In this document: positions 1 through 7,179 of the stretch, piece after piece
Layout of the letters: the number at the start of each line of letters is the position of its first letter
Numbering within the stretch: the stretch's first letter is position 1
Origin: Octopus sinensis
Lineage: Eukaryota
Direction of reading: 5' to 3'
DNA length: 26,052 bases
Assembly (NCBI RefSeq): GCF_006345805.1
Contig: NW_021835626.1
Coordinates: forward strand, 1 to 26,052
Translations under genes and position numbers: made by a program
The notes under the pieces: model-generated
The model's input: only the letters and a program-made list of their open reading frames with translations
Database searches by the model: none
Told to the model about the DNA's origin: nothing

Positions 1-11
1 AACGTCTAAAC

Positions 12-30
12 GTGTGTGTGTGTGTGTGTG
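12..30. repeat. (GT)n microsatellite, ~9 units
   Basis: Read directly: gtgtgtgtgtgtgtgtgtg. Confidence 0.95.
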
Positions 31-440
31 AAGGTAGGTGGTAGAAAAGGGTCTCTTGTTTAAGAATCAATATATTTATCCCAATACATCATAATTGACA
101 CAAAACTTTTTCGGAAATTCTTCTGTTGACTTCATTCACAATTCCTGTTTGTTTACAATCGTTACTCATTAAAATCCTTTTAAGTAATATGTATTCATAC
201 AAGCTCAAACTTACAAACAATATTCAGTGAATAAACAAGGCAAATATTTTCAGATTGAAGACAGAAAAGTCCAGAAATTGAATTCAGATTTTTTACAAAC
301 TCGCCGCCATTAATATTGAAACGACAATCCCACAATGCTTTGCGAAAAGTCAGAAACTCATTTGCAGCCGCTGTAGTTCCGTATTTGCTTCTTCTGACTT
401 CATCTATTGCTGTCAATTATTTATCTGTTAGAATCTGCTT

Positions 441-452
441 CTCTCTCTCTCT

Positions 453-524
<72 letters not shown>
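441..524. repeat. Compound (CT)7-(TA)n microsatellite
   Basis: (CT)7 at 441-454, then (TA)n to 524 with one interruption. Explains the IYIY run in ORF 316..618. Confidence 0.95.
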
Positions 525-525
<1 letters not shown>

Positions 526-894
526 TCAGTCCCTCACTCTATCAATTTTTTTCTAGAGTTACGAAGCATCACTAGGGGTGATTTTTCCCAAAGTCAAACG
601 AAAAATCTCAAAATGTAATTCATTTACCTTCGTATATCGAGTGTAGAAGTAACTTTCAATGAAATTTTTTTCCAGAAACCAAATATTTAACACAAATTGC
701 TTTAAAACAATCGAACGAGTCCATCGTCTTTCCATTATCTTTAACTTAAACATGGAGTTTAAGGTTTAAACTCTTGATTCCGATTTCAACGTCATGTTAG
801 TTTCGTATTCGTATCATACACGAAATAACTGAGTTCAGATTTATTAAGAGAAGGTTAAAAACAGCAAAAAATATTTAAAAGTGTTTTTATTCAA

Positions 895-896
<2 letters not shown>

Positions 897-955
<59 letters not shown>

Positions 956-1136
956 GTATACATATATATATATGTATACATATATATATGTATACATATA
1001 TATATGTATACATACATGCATATATATATATATATATATATATGTATACATATATATATGTATACATATATATATGTATACATATATATATGTATACATA
1101 CATGCATATATATATATAATATATATATATATATGT
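897..1136. repeat. Compound (TA)n microsatellite with 16-bp GTATAC(AT)5 units arranged as two blocks
   Basis: GTATAC at 956, 974, 990, 1006 followed by ACATGCA, and again at 1044, 1060, 1076, 1092 followed by ACATGCA, embedded in (TA)n. Confidence 0.9.
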
Positions 1137-1230
1137 ATTTTAAGCAGCAGAAAATAAAGCATATTACTCTACCACTGGTATTTGAGTACTCTTTTTTCCA
1201 CCTTGTTTCACATTTATGTGTTTACTCCGG

Positions 1231-1288
1231 TATATATATATGTATATATATATATATGTATACATATATATTATATATATATATATAT

Positions 1289-1330
<42 letters not shown>

Positions 1331-1352
1331 ACATACATGCATATATATATAT
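1231..1352. repeat. (TA)n-rich microsatellite flanking the LINE 3' end
   Basis: Near-pure TA with occasional GTA/CAT interruptions. It runs directly into the (ATC)4 tail at 1353. Confidence 0.95.
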
Positions 1353-1364
1353 ATCATCATCATC
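1353..1364 (-). repeat. (GAT)4 3' tail of the RTE element
   Basis: Plus strand atcatcatcatc at the boundary between (TA)n and the element. Confidence 0.8.
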
Positions 1365-1368
1365 GTTT

Positions 1369-1405
1369 AACGTCCGTTCTCCATGCTAGCATGGGTTGGA
1401 CGGTT
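1369..1405 (-). other. Predicted 3'-terminal RNA stem-loop of the LINE
   Basis: Perfect palindrome CCATGCTAGCATGG (1381-1394) enclosed by CGTCC (1371-1375) / GGACG (1398-1402), immediately upstream of the (GAT)4 tail on the element strand. Confidence 0.6.
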
Positions 1406-1566
1406 CGACCGGGGATCTGGGAAGCCAGAAGGCTGCACCGGGCTCCAGTCTTATCTGGCAATGTTTCTACAGCTGGATGCCCTTCCTAACGCCAACCACT
1501 CCGTGAGTGTAGTGGGTGCTTTTTACGTGCCACCTGCACAGGTGCCAGGCGAGGCTGGCAACGGCC

Positions 1567-2343
1567 ACGGTCGGATTGGTGTATTTTATGTGCCACCGGC
1601 ACGGAAGCCAGTCGATGCGGTGCTGGCATCGGCCACGAGTCGGATAGTGCTTTTTACGTACCACCAGACCAGGGATCCTGGCTGGTTCAATTCGATTTCG
1701 ATTTCGCTTGCCCCAACATGTCTTCGCAAGCAAAGGGGGTTGGCATGGGTGCCTGTCGTACGGTCGGATTGGTGTATTTTACGTGCCACTGGCACGGAAG
1801 CCAGTGGAGGCGGCGCTGGCATCGGTCACGAGTCTGATATTGCTTTTTACGTACCACCAGACCAGGGATCCTGGCTGGTTCAATTCGATTTCGATTTCGC
1901 TTGCCTCAACATGTCTTCGCAAGCAAAGGGGGTTGGCATGGGTGCCTGTCGTACGGTCGGATTGGTGTATTTTACGTGCCACCGTCACGGAAGCCAGTGG
2001 AGGTGGCGCTGGCATCGGCCACGAGTCGGATAGTGCTTTTTACGTACCACCAGACCAGGGATCCTGGCTGGTTCAATTCGATTTCGATTTCGCTTGCCCC
2101 AACATGTCTTCGCAAGCAAAGGGGGTTGGCATGGGTGCCTGTCGTACGGTCGGATTGGTGTATTTTACGTGCCACCGTCACGGAAGCCAGTGGAGGTGGC
2201 GCTGGCATCGGCCACGAGTCGGATAGTGCTTTTACGTACCACCAGACCAGGGATCCTGGCTGGTTCAATTCGATTTCGATTTCGCTTTCGCTTGCCCCAA
2301 CATGTCTTCGCAAGCAAGGGGGGTTGGCATGGGTGCCTGTTGT
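1567..2343. repeat. 193-bp tandem repeat, 4 copies, within the LINE 3' UTR
   Basis: ACGGTCGGATTGGTG starts at 1567, 1760, 1953 and 2146 (exact 193 spacing). Copy 4 has a 1-nt deletion and an extra TTCGCT. Explains the near-identical ORFs spaced 193 apart in the track. Confidence 0.95.
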
Positions 2344-2426
2344 CGGATGAGGTTCTATATCGACTTCGCTTGCCTCAACAGGTCTTTGTGTCCAAGGGAG
2401 GAAAGGCATTCATAAGTGGGCTGGGC

Positions 2427-3509
2427 TCACTTGTCCTGCCTGGTCTTCTCACGTACAGCATATTTCCAAAGGTCTTGGTCGCTGGTCATTTCCTCAGTGA
2501 GGCCTAAAGTTCGAAGGTCGTGCTTCACTACCTCGTCCCAGGTTTTCCTGGGTCTACCTCTTCCACGGGTTCCCTCAACTGCTAGGGATTGGCACTTTCT
2601 CACACACCTATCTTCATCCATTCTCGCCACATGACCATACCAGCGCAATCGTCTCTCTTGCACACCACAACTGATGCTTCTTAGGTACAACATTTCTCTC
2701 AAGGTACTAACGCTCTGTCGAGTATGTACACTGACATTACACATCCATCGGAGCATACTGGCTTCATTCCTCGCGAGCTTACGCATGTCCTCAGCAGTCA
2801 CGGCCCATGTTTCACTGCCATGTAGCATGGCTGTTCGTACACATGCATCATACAGTCTGCCTTTTATTCTTTGCGAGAGGCCTTTAGTCACCAGCAGAGG
2901 TAAGAGCTCCCTAAACTTTGCCCAGGCTATTCTTATTCTAGCAGTTACACTTTCAGCGCACCCACCCCCACTACTGACTTGGTCACCTAGATAATGGAAG
3001 CTATCACCTACTTCTAGTTTTTCCCCCTCGAAAGTCACGGAAGTTGTTTTCTGCAGATTTTCGGAGGTTAATGCTCCCGAGCATCTGCCACATACAAAAA
3101 CTATCTTCCCAGTTAGCCTACCTTTGACATTGCTGCACCTCTTATGTGTCCATAGCTTACACTGGGTACATCTTATAGAGCTTCTACCTACGCCTCTACT
3201 ACAGATCGAGCAGAGCTATCTACCTGAAGGGATTTGTGGTTTGCGTGCCTTCCTACTTATTAGGACTTTGGTTTTAGCTAGGTTGACTCTAAGGCCCCTC
3301 GATTCTAAACCCACCTTCCACACCTGGAACTTCTCCTCCAGTTTTGATAGTGACTCAGCAATTAGAGCAAGGTCGTCAGCGTAGAGGAGCTCCCAGGGAC
3401 AACCTGTCTTGATTTCCTCCGTTATTGCCTGGAGGACTATGATAAATAGGAGGGGGCTGAGTACTGAACCCTGGTGGACCCCAACCTCTACATTGAATTC
3501 TTCTGTGTA
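2427..3509 (-). pseudogene. LINE ORF2 fragment (C-terminal part of reverse transcriptase plus RTE C-terminal region), one premature stop
   Basis: ORF-track pieces 3216..3518 and 2427..3038 are in the same frame (3218-3038=180). Manual translation of 3215-3039 shows no further stop: LCSICSRGVGRSSIRCTQCKLWTHKRCSNVKGRLTGKIVFVCGRCSGALTSENLQKTTS. The only lesion is TAG at 3216-3218. The MYT start of the 100-aa ORF comes from the microsatellite flank. Confidence 0.92.
3081..3212 (-). other. PHD-type zinc finger (C4HC3) coding segment inside the RT domain
   Basis: Translation CSICSRGVGRSSIRCTQCKLWTHKRCSNVKGRLTGKIVFVCGRC = C-x2-C-x10-C-x2-C-x4-H-x2-C-x14-C-x2-C, with the PHD-typical Trp two residues before His. 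Confidence 0.8.
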
Positions 3510-3510
3510 C

Positions 3511-3512
3511 GT

Positions 3513-3591
<79 letters not shown>

Positions 3592-3594
3592 TAT
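3511..3594. repeat. (TA)n microsatellite at the LINE 5' truncation point
   Basis: gtatacatatata... to 3594, with two G interruptions inside the TA run. Confidence 0.95.
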
Positions 3595-4405
3595 TGGCTG
3601 TCCGCTAACTCATTTTATCGATCTCGTTTGGTGGTCCGCTAATTCATTTTATCGATCTCGTTTGGTGGTCCGCTATATCATTTTATCGATGTCGTTTGGT
3701 GGTCCGCTAAGTCATTTTTTGATCTCGTTAAGCGGTCCGCTTAGTCATTTTATCGAACTCGTTTGGCGGTCCACTCGGTCATTTTATCGATCTTGTTTAG
3801 CTGTCCGCTAAGTCATTTTATCGATAACGTTTCGTGGTCCGCAAAGTCATTTTATCGATGTCGTTTTGTGGTCCACTAAGTCATTCTATCGATTTTGTTT
3901 GGTGGTCCGCTATGTCATATTATCGATCTCGTTTGGCGGTCCGCTAGGTCATTTTATCCGTCTCGATTGGCGGTCCGCTAAGTCATTTTCTCGATCTCGT
4001 TTGGCGGTCCGCTAATTCATTTTATCGATCAATTTTGGCGGTCCGCTAGGTCATTTTGTCGATCTCGTTTAGCGGTCCACTAAGTCATTTTATAGATCTC
4101 GTTCCGTCATCTGCTAATTTAATTCATCGATCTTGTTTGGCGGCCCGCTAGGTCATTTTATCCGTCTCGATTGGCGGTCCGCTCAGTCATTTTATCGATC
4201 TCGTTTGGCGATCCATTAAATCATTTAATCGATCTCGTTTGGCGGCCCGCTAGTTCATTTTATCCGTCTCGATTGGCGGTCCGCTCAGTCATTTTATCGA
4301 TCTCGTTTGGCGGTCCATTAAATCATTTTATCGATCTCGTTTGGTGGTCCGCTAAGTCATATTTTCATCTCGTTTAGCAGTCCGCTAAGTCATTTTCTCG
4401 ATCTC
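3594..4405. repeat. 34-bp minisatellite, ~24 copies; consensus TTGGCGGTCCGCTAAGTCATTTTATCGATCTCGT
   Basis: TCCGCTA at 3601, 3635, 3669 and onward with 34-bp spacing to 4405. Head-to-tail, no spacers. Confidence 0.95.
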
Positions 4406-7179
4406 TGCAGAATCCGGTGCTCCCGTAGGTACATCAGAACAAGGTAAATACCTAGTAAGTCTGTAGCTTGTGCAGAGACCGGTGCTCCCGTAGGTACATC
4501 AGAACAAGGTAAATACCTAGTAAGTCTGTAGCTTGTGCAGAGACCGGTGCTCCCGTAGGTACATCAGAACAAGGTAAATACCTTGTAAGTCTGTAGCTTG
4601 TGCAGAGTCCGGTGCCCCCATAGGTACATCAGAACAAGGTAAATACCTAGTAAGTCTGTAGCTTGTGCAGAGACCAGTGCTCCCGTAGGTACATCAGAAC
4701 AAGGTATATACCTTGTAAGTCTATAGCTTGTGCAGAGTCCGGTGCTCCCGTAGGTACATCAGAACAAGGTAAATACCTAGTAAGTCTGTACCTTGTAGAG
4801 AGTCCGGTGCTCCCATAGGTACATCAGAACAAGGTAAATACCTAGTAAGTCTTTAGCTTGTGCAGAATCCGGTGCTCTCGTAGGTACATCAGAACAAGGT
4901 ATATACCTAGTAAGTCTGTAGCTTGTGCAGAATCCGGTGCTCCCGTAGGTACATCAGAACAAGGTAAATACCTAGTAAGTCTGTACCTTGTGCAGAGTCC
5001 GGTGCTCCCTAGGTACATCAGAAAAAGGTAAATAGCTAGTAAGTCTTTAGCTTGTGCAGAATCCGGTGCTCCCGTAGGTACATCAGAACAAGGTAAATAC
5101 CTAGTAAGTCTGTAGCTTGTGCAGAATCCGCTGCACCCGTAGGTACATCAGAACAAGGTAAATAACTCGTAAGTCTTTAGCTTGTGCAGAATCCGGTGCT
5201 CCCGTAGGTACGTTAGAACAAGTTAAATACCTAGTAAGTCTGTAGCTTGTGCAGAATCCGGTGCTCCCGTATGTACATCAGAACAAGATAAATACCTAGT
5301 AAGTCTGTAGCTTGTGCAGAATCCGCTGCTCCCGTTGGTACATCAGAACAGGGTAAATACCTAGTAAGTCTGTAGCTTGTGCAGAATCCGGTGCTCCCGT
5401 AGGTACATCACAACAAAGTAAATACCTAGTAAGTCTGTAGATTGTGCAGAGACCGGTACACCCGTAGGTACATCAGAACAAGGAAAATAACTAGTAAGTC
5501 TGTAGCTTGTGCAAAGACCGGTGCTCCCGTAGGTACATCAGAACAATGTAAATACCTAGTCAGTCTGTAGCTTGTGCAGAGTCCGGTGCCCCCATAGGTA
5601 CATCAGAACAAGGTAAATACCTAGTAAGTCTGTAGCTTGTGCAGAGACCAGTGCTCCCATAGGTATATCAGAACAAGGTATATACCTATTAAGTCTGTAG
5701 CTTGTGCAGAGTCTGGTGCTCCCGTAGGTACATCAGAAATAGGTAAATACCTAGTAAGTCTGTAGCTTGTGCAGAGTCCGGTGCTCCCGTAGGTACATCA
5801 GAAAAAGGTAAATACCTAGTAAGCCTTTAGCTTGTGCAGAATCCGGTGCTCTCGTAGGTATATCAGAACAAGGTAAATACCTAGTAAGTCTGTAGCTTGT
5901 GCAGAATCCGCTGCTCCCGTATGTACATCAGAACAAGGTAAATACCTAGTAAGTCTGTAGCTTGTGCAGAATCCGGTGCTCCCGTTGGTACATCAGAACA
6001 ATGTAAATACCCAGTCAGTCTGTAGCTTGTGCAGTGTCCGGTGCTCCCGTAGGTACACCTGAACAAGGTAAATACCTAGTAAGTCTGTAGCTTGTTCAGA
6101 GTCCGGTGCTCCCGTAAGTACATCAGAAAAAGTTAAATACCTAGTAAGTCTGAAGCTTGTGCAGAATCCGGTGCTCCCGTATGTACATCAGAAAAAGGTA
6201 AATACCTAGTAAGTCTGTAGCTTGTGCAGAGTCCGGTGCTCCGGTTTGTACATCAGAGCAAGGTAAATACCTAGTCAGTCGGTTGCTTGTGCAGAGTCCG
6301 GTGCTCCCGAAGGTACATCAGAGCAAGGTAAAAACCTAGTCAGTCTGTATCATGTGCAGAGTCCAGTGCTCCCGTAGGTACATTAGAACAAGGTAAACAC
6401 CTAGTCAGTCTGTATCTTGTGCAGAGTCCGGTGCTCCCATATGTACATCAGGACAAGATAAATACCTAGTAAGTCTGTAGCTTGTGCAGAGTCCGGTGCT
6501 CCCGTAAGTACATCAGAACAAGCTAAATACCTAGTAAGTCTGTAGCTTGTGCAGAGTCCGGTGCTCCCGTAGGTACATAAGAACAAGGTAAATACCTAGT
6601 TAGTCTGTTGCTTGTGCAGAGTCCGTTGCTCCCGTAGGTACATCAGAACAAAGTAAATACCTCGTAAGTCTTTAGCTTGTGCAGAGCCCGGTGCTCCTGT
6701 AGGTACATCAGAACAAGGTAAATACCTAGTAAGTCTGTAGCTTGTGCAGAATCCGGTGCTCCCGTTTGTATATCAGGACAAGGTAAATACCTAGTAAGTC
6801 TGTAGCTTGTGCAGAATCCGGTGCTCCCGTAGGTACATCAGAACAGGGTAAATACCTAGTAAGTCTGTAGCTTGTGCAGAATCCGGTGCTCCCGTAGGTA
6901 CATCAGAACAAGGTAAATACCTAGTAAGTCTGTAGCTTGTGCAGAATCTGGTGCTCCCGTAGGTACATCAGAACAAGGTAAATACCTAGTAAGTCTGTAG
7001 CTTGTGCAGAATCCGGTGCTCCCGTAGGTACACCAGAACAAGGTAAATACCTAGTAAGTCTGTAGCTTGTGCAGAGTCCGGTGCTCCCGTAGGTACATCA
7101 GAACAATGTAAATACCTAGTCAGTCTGTAGCCTGTGCAGACTCCGGTGTTCCCGTAGGTACATCAGAACAAGGTAAATA

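Larger units (their letters stand above)
1353..3510 (-). mobile_element. 5'-truncated non-LTR retrotransposon (LINE), RTE clade
   Basis: Minus-strand RT motifs QGSVLSPLLF, YADD (3372-3383), GLRVNLAKTK and FHYLG (2985-2999). RTE-type C-terminus RRLRWYGHVARM...RGRGRPRKTW with stop at 2427-2429. About 1.07 kb 3' UTR ending in a short tandem-repeat tail (GAT)4, as expected for RTE. Homology stops at ~3510, inside the RT domain. Confidence 0.92.

Noticed and set aside
195-416. 73-aa minus-strand ORF or possible exon (GTAAGT donor-like site near 209-214)
   Set aside because: TTG start directly after a stop, no recognisable homology, and no convincing polypyrimidine acceptor. RNA-seq would be needed.
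1-896. Promoter, tRNA/SINE head or telomeric repeat in the AT-rich left end
   Set aside because: No A/B boxes, cloverleaf or TTAGGG arrays could be identified by eye.
844-1489. Ile/Tyr-rich ORFs (also 316..618 and 3409..3642)
   Set aside because: They are translations of (TA)n microsatellites.
1383-2507. Overlapping 78-216 aa ORFs on both strands
   Set aside because: They lie in the LINE 3' UTR, repeat at the 193-bp period in shifting frames, and contain no recognisable domain.
2416-3384. Plus-strand ORFs 2416..2634, 2674..2994 and 3124..3384
   Set aside because: Antisense shadows of the RT coding frame.
3594-4405. CRISPR array (34-bp repeats with dyad symmetry)
   Set aside because: Units are head-to-tail with no unique spacers, no cas genes are present, and the context is eukaryotic.
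1516-4470. Derivation of the 65-bp or 34-bp satellite from the LINE UTR ~65-bp submodule, or from each other
   Set aside because: Only the lengths are similar. Shared sequence is limited to short words (TCCG, TAAGTC) expected by chance.
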